UHGV virus genome: UHGV-0021337
Length of the DNA stretch: 64,000 nt
Strand: one strand, 5' to 3'
DNA from: a virus
Positions 9,380 to 18,865 of the stretch are shown piece after piece. The notes beneath the pieces were generated by a model, which saw nothing but the letters and a program-made list of their open reading frames with translations, searched no databases and was not told the DNA's origin. Within the stretch, counting starts at the first letter, position 1; each line of letters starts with the position of its first letter. A program made the position numbers and the translations under genes.

Positions 9380-11590
9380 ATGAGTAAGTTATATGAAGAT
9401 AACAGAGCTCAGTTGATGGCGGCGAGCCGTTCAGCTCAAAAAGAGAACGACGGAAAAACACGCTATCAAAAAAGACTAAACTCTAGTATAGCGAGTTCTA
9501 ATCGAGAGTACAACCAAATCGACATGAACTCGTTATTCAAGAATAATATTTTAACTGTTAATATTCCCGTCAGAGGAGAAACGGATAACTATATTGTTAC
9601 TTTTTCCTTTGGCGGATTTTTAGATAAACTACACGACGAGCTTGAGCGTAATAACGAACAACTTCAACTAAGAGTTGTTATAAGAGCTGTTGTTGATTGT
9701 TTCAATTCAGACAATGTTTACATACGATGTAATTGTTTACATCCTGATACAGAAATCTTGCTTCTAGACGGGACCAAGGCTCGTGTCGAAGACTTGTGTA
9801 CTCGTTTTAACAGTGGTGAGCAGTTATTTGTCTACTCTACTGACGATAAAGGAGATTTTAAGCCAGGCGTTGTTCGCAATGTTTGGAAATCGGGAAGCTC
9901 TTCTGAGCTTGTCAAAGTTACTCTTGATAGCGGAGACATCATTCAGACAACTCCAGACCATAGATTTATGCTGCGTGATGGCTCATATATTGCCGCCAAA
10001 GACCTAAAAGAACATCAGTCACTGATGCCAATGTATTTTTCAGACTACAACGGTTACCAAACTGTTAAATTTAATAGTACTGGAAAATATCACTCAGTGT
10101 ATAAACAAGTTGCATCAGAGTTACTGGCTGATAAAATTACTGCTGCAGAGATTCGTGAAGCATCAGCCGATAAACACGGACCTTACAAAGTAGCAATTCA
10201 TCATAAAGATTTTAATAAGCGTAACAACACTCCAACTAATCTAGAGCCGCTTACTTGGGAAGAACACTGGATGTATCATGCGTCCTTAGGGTTCAATTCA
10301 TTCCCTAAAGAGACGCAAGATAAGATTAGAACTAGAGCTTCAGAATGGATGCAATGGTTAAACGCACATCCAACTGAAAAGATGTTAGAGCTAAGAAAAG
10401 AATACTGCGAGCGCGGTCGTTTAATGAATTACTTACCTGAACGGCAAGAACAGCAACGACACGTGATGAGTAAAGCAATAACAACGTACTGGCAAACGAT
10501 GTCAGACGAAGAGCGTGAGCGTCAGTCAAAAGCTAGGTCCGAGCGTTCTAAAGCTGCTGCGGAACGGGGATGTCTTAAAACCGAGAAGTTTCACACAGCT
10601 GCACTTAAACGGGGTAAAGATATGCACACAACTGAGCGCGAAAAGCTAATTGTAGCAGGTGTACGTAGATATTGGAACTCTCTTAAGGGTGAAGCTCGAG
10701 AGGCACGTGTTGCTATCTGTAGGAAAAATATTCAGAAATCTATCGACGCACGTCGAGGAACTCCTCTTACGCAAGAACACAAGGATAAAATACGTGCTAG
10801 TCGAGAACGTGAAACTCCTGAACAGCTTGCAGTTCGCGTGCAAAAATGTAACGAAACTAAAATACTTACTGTACTAAATTATCTGATAGATAACAAGCTA
10901 GAATTGACTTTGGACAACTACAACCAAATCAAAAAACGCGAATTCAACTCGTATCCCTCGATTGATAAACGATTTGAATCTATTGATGATGCTGTTAGCT
11001 ATTTCCAACTTAATCACAAAGTTGCAAAAGTTGAGTTCGTGCATCTAACTGACCCCATTGACGTTTATGATATAGATGTTGATACGTGGCACAACTTTAC
11101 AACAGCTGCAGGGGTTGTTCTGCATAATTGCGAGGACTTCCACTATCGTTTTTCCTATTGGGCCACAAAAACTGACATAATAACAGGTCCTAAGGAAAAT
11201 ATACCTTCGGATATAACAAACCCGAGCAACACCTTGGGCAAAGGCTGTAAGCATATAATGCTCTGTCTTTCTAATACCAGATGGTGTATAAAAGTAGCCG
11301 CTGTAATTAAAAACTACATTGAGTACATGGAAAGACATTTACAGTCAATGTATGCAAAAGTTATCTATCCTGCAATTTATAAACGCGATTATGAAGAGCC
11401 TATACAACAGTCAATGTTTGATACAGATGAATTAGAAACTAGTAGCGAAGTAATTGACACTGCAAGTAAAGAGGCTCGCAAGAAAGGTCAATTCCAAACT
11501 GGCAATCCGTATAGATTTACTAAACAACCAGATAAAGACCAAATATCCATTGACGACATCGAAGTTGAGGACGAGGTAAGTGAAGAATGA
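9380..11590 (+). CDS. intein-containing virion-module protein. The spliced extein would be about 271 aa of unknown function.
   Basis: RBS GGAGGA. There is an in-frame insertion bounded by canonical intein motifs (next feature). Confidence 0.6.
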   Translation: MSKLYEDNRAQLMAASRSAQKENDGKTRYQKRLNSSIASSNREYNQIDMNSLFKNNILTVNIPVRGETDNYIVTFSFGGFLDKLHDELERNNEQLQLRVVIRAVVDCFNSDNVYIRCNCLHPDTEILLLDGTKARVEDLCTRFNSGEQLFVYSTDDKGDFKPGVVRNVWKSGSSSELVKVTLDSGDIIQTTPDHRFMLRDGSYIAAKDLKEHQSLMPMYFSDYNGYQTVKFNSTGKYHSVYKQVASELLADKITAAEIREASADKHGPYKVAIHHKDFNKRNNTPTNLEPLTWEEHWMYHASLGFNSFPKETQDKIRTRASEWMQWLNAHPTEKMLELRKEYCERGRLMNYLPERQEQQRHVMSKAITTYWQTMSDEERERQSKARSERSKAAAERGCLKTEKFHTAALKRGKDMHTTEREKLIVAGVRRYWNSLKGEAREARVAICRKNIQKSIDARRGTPLTQEHKDKIRASRERETPEQLAVRVQKCNETKILTVLNYLIDNKLELTLDNYNQIKKREFNSYPSIDKRFESIDDAVSYFQLNHKVAKVEFVHLTDPIDVYDIDVDTWHNFTTAAGVVLHNCEDFHYRFSYWATKTDIITGPKENIPSDITNPSNTLGKGCKHIMLCLSNTRWCIKVAAVIKNYIEYMERHLQSMYAKVIYPAIYKRDYEEPIQQSMFDTDELETSSEVIDTASKEARKKGQFQTGNPYRFTKQPDKDQISIDDIEVEDEVSEE
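9734..11128 (+). mobile_element. intein (465 aa) with HNH endonuclease and NUMOD3-like repeats
   Basis: N-terminal block A is CLHPDTEILLLDG, starting with Cys at 9734. The C-terminal block G is VYDIDVDTWHNFTTAAGVVLHN, followed by Cys+1 (CEDF) at 11129. The internal HNH motif is AIHHKDFNKRNNTPTNLEPLTWEEHWMYH. Several repeats of the H-x-E-x-K-x-K-I/R type (for example TQEHKDKIRASRE) are NUMOD3-like. Confidence 0.75.
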
Positions 11591-12078
11591 AAGATATAGG
11601 TATTCTTTACAACGAACAAAATCTTAAACTACAAAGAATTTACTTTAACCAGATGCTTCGTATGATTGGTATAAAAGTACTTCATTACGCTCCTTTACCG
11701 GGTAAAAGATACACAACATATGCAGAAATAAAAACAGCCTTCGAGGAACCAGTTGTTACTGGATGCGTATTTGAAGAACATCCTACTCAAAAAACAATGA
11801 AGAAGTTAGGCTGGGATTCTGAAAGACAAGAAGATGCTTCTTTGATAAGTGTGCCTTATGACTTAGCTCATGTTCAAGCAGGCTCTCTATTTGCTTTACC
11901 AAGCGGTATTGATAATTCAGAAGCGAGACTATTTAGAGTTGTAGAGATGAGCACTATAATGCTATATCCTGCATCGATAACGTGTAAACTAGTTCCAGAA
12001 TGGGCAAATACAGCTCGAGAATCACAGATTGTTAATTTTAAGACACAAGATTTTAACTTGTTAAGAGAGGAAGAATGA
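11587..12078 (+). CDS. hypothetical head/neck protein
   Basis: ORF in the operon, overlapping the stop of the previous gene. Confidence 0.45.
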   Translation: MKDIGILYNEQNLKLQRIYFNQMLRMIGIKVLHYAPLPGKRYTTYAEIKTAFEEPVVTGCVFEEHPTQKTMKKLGWDSERQEDASLISVPYDLAHVQAGSLFALPSGIDNSEARLFRVVEMSTIMLYPASITCKLVPEWANTARESQIVNFKTQDFNLLREEE

Positions 12079-12833
12079 TTCTAGTAGAAAAGAATTTATT
12101 GTCTGCAAAAGAGACTGATGAACTCTTAACAAAACGTGGCTCAGATAAAACTAAATATCTTGCCTCGAAAGCAAAAGAAAAGTTTGGAAATGATCCCGAC
12201 TATGACGTTTATTCAGACGTTTTAGTCGATAGCTTAGAACAGTATGGTACCGACACAGCACAAAACAAATTTTTACAATACATTGTTACTAAGAGTGCTA
12301 CCCCATTCAATATGCAAAAAAGTCAGCCCTACTTGATTTATAACATTCTAAACAACGCTGAGGCAAATGTTACGACAGGAGCGGCTGCAAAAAGTTCTTG
12401 GTTATATAATCCTAACGCATATAATGGTAGTGATTTTAAGTTGAAAGCTTTAGCGTTTTTGTCTAGTAAAGATGCTGAAAATTATGGTGACCTAAAAACT
12501 AAACCAACGCAGAAAATACTCAATACTACTGATGATAGTGAGATTGAGACATTGCTTAGTAATTGGCAGACTAAAGATGGTGAGTCAAACTCCCGAGTCA
12601 CATATCGCAGAGCTTCTTCAAAAAATTCAGGAACAAATTATTTTAGTAAAGATTCTAAAAAAGTTGCTGCAGACAAAGCTCAAAAACTCAATCTTATAAA
12701 AGACACATATTCTTCGAGCTCTGCAGATATTGCGTCTGCAATTGATAAAGTATATAGACCAGGCATCACAGATGCAGACCTACTTACTGGTGTATCGAGG
12801 ATTTTAGGACAGAATGCTCTTGCTACTAAGTAA
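12075..12833 (+). CDS. hypothetical head/neck protein
   Basis: ORF with an ATGA overlap. Confidence 0.45.
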   Translation: MILVEKNLLSAKETDELLTKRGSDKTKYLASKAKEKFGNDPDYDVYSDVLVDSLEQYGTDTAQNKFLQYIVTKSATPFNMQKSQPYLIYNILNNAEANVTTGAAAKSSWLYNPNAYNGSDFKLKALAFLSSKDAENYGDLKTKPTQKILNTTDDSEIETLLSNWQTKDGESNSRVTYRRASSKNSGTNYFSKDSKKVAADKAQKLNLIKDTYSSSSADIASAIDKVYRPGITDADLLTGVSRILGQNALATK

Positions 12834-13224
12834 CCCGCAGAATCAAGATTTAACTGATTTATGTGATGATATAATAACTAAATTAAGTATAAGAGCTAAA
12901 GATAATATCTGGTATACACCTGGCTTAACTAGTTTGTGGGACAACTATTTAATTGAGTTGTATCAACCTGCTGAAGTTAGTCCAACTGTTGTGCAAATCT
13001 TCGAAGGATACTTCAATAATCTAATTTATGAGCAACAAGGAACTGACTATATAGTAAGAGTTGATCCAAACGCTAGATTAGAAGGTATTGAAGCTACAAT
13101 TCAAGAGTTAGCAAATATAATAAATTATGGCACTTTAGATATGCCTAGTTATCCGATATTTGATAAGTTATTTGACGCAGAAGCAGAAGAACTAACTAGC
13201 GAACAAGAGCAGGAGGATGAATAA
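12814..13224 (+). CDS. hypothetical neck/adaptor protein (acidic C-terminus)
   Basis: ORF overlapping the previous gene by 20 nt. RBS AGGACAGA. Confidence 0.45.
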   Translation: MLLLLSNPQNQDLTDLCDDIITKLSIRAKDNIWYTPGLTSLWDNYLIELYQPAEVSPTVVQIFEGYFNNLIYEQQGTDYIVRVDPNARLEGIEATIQELANIINYGTLDMPSYPIFDKLFDAEAEELTSEQEQEDE

Positions 13225-13874
13225 TGTCCGTAGGACTTTATGATAAAGCTCTTACTGACAAGATAAAAAGATGGGTTGTTGACCCAAATCTTGTTGTTCT
13301 TGGACCAGATGAGAGTGAACAACTATTTCGTTGGAAAGCTGATATAACTAACGATAGACCTATTGAATTACCTTTAATTTCAATACGTCGTGATTCAGAC
13401 ATAACAATAAATTTAACTGCTAAACGAAAGATGAGTTATCAAGGTAAGACCTTTTCAAGCAACGGAAAGACTTCCGACCATTTGAACGGTATACCAATGA
13501 CACTCAGTTATCAAATTGATGTATATACTCGCTATAGAGCTGAAGCTGACGAATATCTAAGAAATTTTGTATATAATATTGTAAATCATCCAAAGATGAC
13601 TATCGACATTCCGTACAATGATTCTAATAAACAGCAAGATTCTTTCATAGCACTAGAAGGGACTGTTACAGATACTTCTGATATTCCAGAACGGTTAATA
13701 GTCGGGCAGTTTACTAGGTACACAATTCCGATAAAGATAATTGATGCTTATCTATTTTCATATAACTTCAAAGATATTCCAAAAGTTGTATGTACAGGAA
13801 TTCAAGCAAACAAAGACTTGTCAAATAAGTCTCCAGACTTTAGTAATAGTGACGAGTTTTATAATATATCATAA
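13224..13874 (+). CDS. hypothetical neck/tail-completion protein
   Basis: RBS GGAGGA, ATGA-type coupling. Confidence 0.45.
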   Translation: MSVGLYDKALTDKIKRWVVDPNLVVLGPDESEQLFRWKADITNDRPIELPLISIRRDSDITINLTAKRKMSYQGKTFSSNGKTSDHLNGIPMTLSYQIDVYTRYRAEADEYLRNFVYNIVNHPKMTIDIPYNDSNKQQDSFIALEGTVTDTSDIPERLIVGQFTRYTIPIKIIDAYLFSYNFKDIPKVVCTGIQANKDLSNKSPDFSNSDEFYNIS

Positions 13875-13894
13875 ATAATAAGGAGAGGTAGTAG

Positions 13895-15241
13895 ATGCCT
13901 AAGATTACAATATATGAATCTGACTTGACAGGCTCTCAATACACAGGAGACGAGATTGTCGTATTTCTCCCTGGTAACTGTATAATTGCAGACGGTAAAG
14001 CAGATAAGAATGGTTGTATACTAATTCCCGAAAAATCAATTTTATCAAACTACATTTATTCAGATTATGTGCAACTGATTACAAATGTGTTGACTGCTAA
14101 AGAAATATTTGTGAAAACAGATTACACAGTTTCTACAGATGATGACAGCAATACTGTACTTACATTTAGTCTCGCAGGAACATATACATCTGCACTAGAC
14201 GCGTTGAACGCTACAAGCATACCTGAAAATGCATACCAAGCTAATGACCAAAAAAAGACAATAACAATTACTAAATATGCTTCCGATGACAGCTATTTAT
14301 TCGCAGAAATGTTGACAAATAAAGGATTCCAAGTGTTATACTATTCTGGCGCTATAAATACTGCACTCTTTGAAAATACTTGGTTCAAAGATAAAAATGA
14401 ATATAACATCAAGTATCTAACAACAGGTATGAACGGTTCACTTCCTGTAGATAAGGGCACAGCATTATATGCGTTGCTCATTTCAATATGCAATAGCAGA
14501 ATGGACTGTGTCGCGTTGATTGACACTTTGAAGCCAACAAAAAATTACACATATGACGACTTGAAAAAAGCTGTTCAAAATGTTAACGATGAAGAAGGAC
14601 GTGCTGCATTATTTGCAGATTGGGGATACATAGACGCATTAAATAACAAGATGATGCCTGGTTCTTATTTCTATCTTAGTGCATTAGGCGATTCTGTCAA
14701 CGCAGGAAAGAAGTGGGATTCTATAGCAGGTGTTAAACGTGGTGTATTGACGAGTTATGTTAAACCTGTAGCTCTTAATCTTTCGAAATACGATTTAGAT
14801 AACAACGTTATGGATTTAACCGCAGAAGGCAACCGTAGTTATAATGGTATTGTTAACATTAGACCTTATGGTTGGACAATCTGGGGGGACAGAACTCTTC
14901 GTCTAAATAATTCTGGCACAGGTTTGAAAGCAACTTCGTTTTTAAGCATAAGAGTTCTTGTTTGCGACATAGCAAAAAGAGCATACCAATCTGCTATAAA
15001 CAATACTTTTGAAAGCAACAACGATGTAACTTGGATGAATTATAAAACTTCCATTACACAGTTGCTTGACAAGATGGTTGCCGATTATAAGTTAGCTGAT
15101 TATAAGATAGTTAAACTTCCTTCAGACCGTGTTGCTCAAATAAAATGTAAAATAAGACTTGTTCCTATTGAACCTGTTGAAGATTTCGACATATACATCA
15201 ACCTCGAAAACGCTACTGCGAACATTGAGGAACAGGGTTAA
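13895..15241 (+). CDS. putative tail sheath protein
   Basis: 448 aa, immediately followed by a roughly 200-aa gene and a strong terminator. Its position relative to the chaperone and tape-measure genes supports the call. No motif proof. Confidence 0.45.
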   Translation: MPKITIYESDLTGSQYTGDEIVVFLPGNCIIADGKADKNGCILIPEKSILSNYIYSDYVQLITNVLTAKEIFVKTDYTVSTDDDSNTVLTFSLAGTYTSALDALNATSIPENAYQANDQKKTITITKYASDDSYLFAEMLTNKGFQVLYYSGAINTALFENTWFKDKNEYNIKYLTTGMNGSLPVDKGTALYALLISICNSRMDCVALIDTLKPTKNYTYDDLKKAVQNVNDEEGRAALFADWGYIDALNNKMMPGSYFYLSALGDSVNAGKKWDSIAGVKRGVLTSYVKPVALNLSKYDLDNNVMDLTAEGNRSYNGIVNIRPYGWTIWGDRTLRLNNSGTGLKATSFLSIRVLVCDIAKRAYQSAINNTFESNNDVTWMNYKTSITQLLDKMVADYKLADYKIVKLPSDRVAQIKCKIRLVPIEPVEDFDIYINLENATANIEEQG

Positions 15242-15252
15242 GGAGAATATAG

Positions 15253-15846
15253 ATGTCAGCAGTTGAAAGTTTACAAAAAGGTGCTTACCACATTGCTAAC
15301 AACAAGATAGAATACAATCCTCAAAGGAAAAGTAATTTTACGCTTATTGTTAATGGGCTAGAAGGGCTTAAGAGAGTAGGTTCTGCACATGACGATTCTG
15401 CAAATGTAATAACAGATGCTCAAAATCAAATTATTCTTGCATTAAAATCTTCAGATGTTCCGAAAGTTGCAATTGGTAAGTCAGAAATAAAACGTGGTAA
15501 CTCAACAATAAAATTTGCAGGTAAGCCTACATTTGACGATATAACATTTACTGTTTATGATTATATGGGCTCGAATGTTAAAGATACCTTACTTGCGTGG
15601 CAAAATCTTGCATACAATACACGTTACGATTATATAGGTAATGCAGCAAATTACAAGAAAACTTGTCAGTTAATTGAATACACTCCAGATGCGACAATGG
15701 TTAGATATTGGGACATAACTGGAGCGTGGTTAAGCAACGTCGAAGCAGATGGCTTTGAAGTTGACGATGAAGGAACCGTAACCGTTAAGGCAACACTCGT
15801 ATTTGATTGGGCTGAAATGCATATGCCAGATGAATTTGAAGGCTAA
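15253..15846 (+). CDS. putative tail tube protein
   Basis: 197 aa. The sheath-tube-terminator-chaperone-TMP synteny supports the call. Confidence 0.45.
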   Translation: MSAVESLQKGAYHIANNKIEYNPQRKSNFTLIVNGLEGLKRVGSAHDDSANVITDAQNQIILALKSSDVPKVAIGKSEIKRGNSTIKFAGKPTFDDITFTVYDYMGSNVKDTLLAWQNLAYNTRYDYIGNAANYKKTCQLIEYTPDATMVRYWDITGAWLSNVEADGFEVDDEGTVTVKATLVFDWAEMHMPDEFEG

Positions 15847-15867
15847 TATTTAAATATATGTTAAAGC

Positions 15868-15899
15868 AAGAGCTATTGCAAAAGCGATAGCTCTTTTTT
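15868..15899 (+). terminator. rho-independent terminator after the sheath/tube operon
   Basis: AGAGCTATTGC-aaaa-GCGATAGCTCT (11 bp, one G-U pair) followed by TTTTTTGTTTT. Confidence 0.8.
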
Positions 15900-15932
15900 G
15901 TTTTATCTTGTATATATTTATATGGAGGAATT

Positions 15933-16694
15933 ATGAACGAATCTGTAATTCAAGAAACCTTTACGTTGCCGTCTCACGGGCGCATCTACAATTGTTCTGT
16001 TAATGAAAACATAACGCTTAGGTCCATGACTACGGAAGATGAATTACGTAGGTTGTCGCCTAGCACAAAGCCGTATAAAACTATTTGTGATTTAATAGAT
16101 AGTTGTATGGCTCAATCTTGTGGTATTTCAAGCTACGATATGTGCATGGGAGATTATCAATATCTTTTGTATAGACTTCGTACTGTAACTTATGGTCCTG
16201 AGTATCCGAACATTTCATATTGCCCTTATTGTGGAAATGAAAACAAAAGCGTGCATAATCTTGACGAAATGCCTGTAAAAGAGTGGACAGACTCTTGCAC
16301 TACTTCGCTTGAAGTTACTCTGCCAGTGTCAGGAAAGACTGTTAAATTACGTTATCTTACTCCCAGAGATATGGACGATATTGAGCAACAAAAGTTCGAG
16401 TTTATGAAAACAAATCCTGAATGTAAACTCGATATGACAATGTTGTTTAACTTAAAGAAAAGCATAGAACTAATTGATAATATGCACTATGATTATGCAA
16501 AATTAGATTATTTTTTGAAAAAACTTCCAATGAGAGACACTAATATTTTATTACAGTCTATCACTAAATTAAATGATGGGATAGGAGTTAACACTTCATT
16601 CACTGAAAAGTGTGATAATCCTGCGTGTGAGTTAGAATATCAGACATCCTTTCGCATCACACAAGAATTTTTTAGACCCACAATACAATTCTGA
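15933..16694 (+). CDS. putative tail assembly chaperone (upstream frame)
   Basis: Positioned between the tube and the tape measure. It contains CPYCG...C. A downstream +1-frame extension overlaps its 3' end. Confidence 0.4.
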   Translation: MNESVIQETFTLPSHGRIYNCSVNENITLRSMTTEDELRRLSPSTKPYKTICDLIDSCMAQSCGISSYDMCMGDYQYLLYRLRTVTYGPEYPNISYCPYCGNENKSVHNLDEMPVKEWTDSCTTSLEVTLPVSGKTVKLRYLTPRDMDDIEQQKFEFMKTNPECKLDMTMLFNLKKSIELIDNMHYDYAKLDYFLKKLPMRDTNILLQSITKLNDGIGVNTSFTEKCDNPACELEYQTSFRITQEFFRPTIQF

Positions 16695-16893
16695 TGGAAC
16701 ACTATATGCTCCTGTCAGATTTAAGCAGATAACATTAGAACGTTTTTACATAACAAAAAACTCTAACATAAGTTTTTATGACACTGGGAAAATGACCCCT
16801 GAAGAAAGAAAACTTGTACTAGGTTGGATTAAAGACCAACTTGATGCTCAACAAAAAGCAATAGAAGAAGCAAAACAAAAGTCTCGTAAGTAG
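16636..16893 (+). CDS. candidate frameshift extension of the tail chaperone (+1 or -2 relative to 15933 ORF)
   Basis: The frame (codon start positions equal to 1 mod 3) is open for 85 codons from 16636 and has no ATG until 16792. It overlaps the last 59 nt of the upstream ORF, including GAATTTTTTAGA. This matches the conserved gpG/gpGT-like arrangement before the tape measure gene. Confidence 0.3.
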   Translation, partial: NIRHPFASHKNFLDPQYNSDGTLYAPVRFKQITLERFYITKNSNISFYDTGKMTPEERKLVLGWIKDQLDAQQKAIEEAKQKSRK

Positions 16894-16902
16894 AGGAATT
16901 AG

Positions 16903-18864
16903 ATGGCAAAAACACTCATTGGGAAAGTTAGTGGATTAGGCTCAACCGACCCCGCTTCTGCAAAACGTGTAGCAGAGCAAGTAAATGCATATAACAAAAA
17001 ACTTCGCTTAGAGACTGAAAAAGCTGTTCAAGCTCTTCGTCAGAAATATGATACTAAATTAGCTAATGCAGATGATAAGACTCGTATAAAACTCGAGAAA
17101 AAACGTGAAAACGAGATAATAAAACGTCGACAAGCTGCAGAAGATGAGCTTGCTGCATATCAACTTCTTCTTTCTTATCAGAATCAAGAAGATGTTAAAA
17201 AGCGTAGAAGAGACATGGATAAAGAGCTAGCGAAGTATCAAGCAGCTGATTTTTCAAAGGGTCTCAGTGCAAATGTTGATGCTCAGCTAAAAAATATCGG
17301 ATATAATGCTGCAGAAGTTGGAAAACAAGCATTTAATGCTATTGCAGGAAGTGTTGAAAAATATTTAGATGTTTATGTTAAATACTATTCTGCAATAAAT
17401 ACACGGCTTCAAAATACCGGACTTACATATAATAAAATAAATGACTTATTCAAAGGTCAGTCTGCAGCTAACCCGTACTTAAAATACGAAAGCTTACTAG
17501 AAAATTTGAACACACTTGTTGAGCTTGGTATTGCAGATAACGTAACACAAAGAGCGTTCTTTGGGTCTATATCAGGCAAAATCGCTACAACGTTCAAAGT
17601 AGCTGAAGCTTCTATGCTCGAAATAATTCGTATACAGCAAAAAGATACAACTGCTGCTCGTTTAGGTATGGAAGCAAATTTAACACGTTTGTTCAATGCT
17701 TACTTTCACGACACTTCATACTTAAATCAAGTATATGACACAGTTCAATCTGCGTTAATTGATACAAGCGCAATGTTTCCTTCAACAGAAGCGTCAGTCG
17801 AGTTTGAATATATAATTCAAAAATGGTTAGGTTCTCTTGGTTCAGTGGGGGTCAAAGAATCTACGCTAACTTCAATTGCACAAGGGATAAATGCACTCGC
17901 AACAGGTGATGTTGATTATTTATCCAGTAACGCTGCAATGCAAAATTTGTTAGTTATGTCTGCTTCCAGAGTTGGAAAGAACTATGGAGAGTTACTTTCA
18001 AAAGGGCTTTCCTCGTCCGATGCTAATTTGTTAATGAAGGGTGTAATTGAGTATATTCAAACAATTCTTCAGTCAAATAACAATGTTGTTAAAAAACAGT
18101 ATGCGTCGTTATTTGGTGTAACAATATCTGACTTAGCAGCATTCTCGAACTTAACAAACGATACAATCAACAATCTATACAACACAGTTCTTTCTTACGA
18201 CGGCACATTAAAAGAAGTTACTGAACAACTTAAGCAAGTAGGTTCTAGAACACACATCTCAGAAATGATTGATAATGTGCTAGAAAATACTTTGATGGGC
18301 ATAGGAACAGGAGTTGCAAACAACTCAATTATGTATGCCACATACAAAGCTGCTGATATGTTAGAGAAGATTACTGGAGGTATTCAACTTCCAACTATTG
18401 GTGCGTTCGGGAACTTCGTCGACTTAAACATGTCACTTGAAGGTATGATAAAAGGCGGAATTCTGGGTATATCAGCCGTAGGAAGTCTTGTTAGTGCTGT
18501 TAGTAACATGATTACTGGAGGATTCCTTGACCCTGAAAAATACAGATTAGAATCATCGGGAGAAGGATTTACAACCTGGAGTAAGCCTGGGGAACTAATT
18601 CAAACAACCTCTGCAACAACTGTTGTGTCGAATGTTAGCGAAACAGGTATGTCTCAAAGTTTAGTTCAACAACAAAAACAAACAGGCGAATCAGTAACAG
18701 GAACGCAACAAGAAACTGATATTGAAAAAGAATACTATCAACCATATAAAACTTCTTTAGAAAGTATAATTGATTTATTGAAAGGAACATTATCCGTCAG
18801 CGTAACAAATGCTGTTCAAATCAGTAACATTTCACAGCCAGGAAGCCCTGGATTAGGACAATAG
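16903..18864 (+). CDS. tail tape measure protein
   Basis: 653 aa. The N-terminal part is a charged coiled coil (KKLRLETEKAVQALRQKYD...). Central and C-terminal Gly-rich hydrophobic stretches (GIGTGVANNS..., GGILGISAVGSLVSAVSNMITGG) are present. The gene follows the chaperone genes. Confidence 0.65.
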   Translation: MAKTLIGKVSGLGSTDPASAKRVAEQVNAYNKKLRLETEKAVQALRQKYDTKLANADDKTRIKLEKKRENEIIKRRQAAEDELAAYQLLLSYQNQEDVKKRRRDMDKELAKYQAADFSKGLSANVDAQLKNIGYNAAEVGKQAFNAIAGSVEKYLDVYVKYYSAINTRLQNTGLTYNKINDLFKGQSAANPYLKYESLLENLNTLVELGIADNVTQRAFFGSISGKIATTFKVAEASMLEIIRIQQKDTTAARLGMEANLTRLFNAYFHDTSYLNQVYDTVQSALIDTSAMFPSTEASVEFEYIIQKWLGSLGSVGVKESTLTSIAQGINALATGDVDYLSSNAAMQNLLVMSASRVGKNYGELLSKGLSSSDANLLMKGVIEYIQTILQSNNNVVKKQYASLFGVTISDLAAFSNLTNDTINNLYNTVLSYDGTLKEVTEQLKQVGSRTHISEMIDNVLENTLMGIGTGVANNSIMYATYKAADMLEKITGGIQLPTIGAFGNFVDLNMSLEGMIKGGILGISAVGSLVSAVSNMITGGFLDPEKYRLESSGEGFTTWSKPGELIQTTSATTVVSNVSETGMSQSLVQQQKQTGESVTGTQQETDIEKEYYQPYKTSLESIIDLLKGTLSVSVTNAVQISNISQPGSPGLGQ

Positions 18865-18865
18865 T

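Noticed and set aside
9783-10007. Alternative-frame + strand ORFs inside larger genes (9783-10007, 10659-10877, 20662-20916, 25466-25873, 26604-26786, 60525-60785, 61136-61366)
   Set aside because: They overlap confidently called genes in another frame. No RBS. Odd composition.
16792-16893. Independent 33-aa gene starting at ATG 16792, instead of a frameshift extension
   Set aside because: Only a weak GGGA upstream. The frame is open for 52 codons before this ATG. Synteny favours the frameshift model. It is not excluded.
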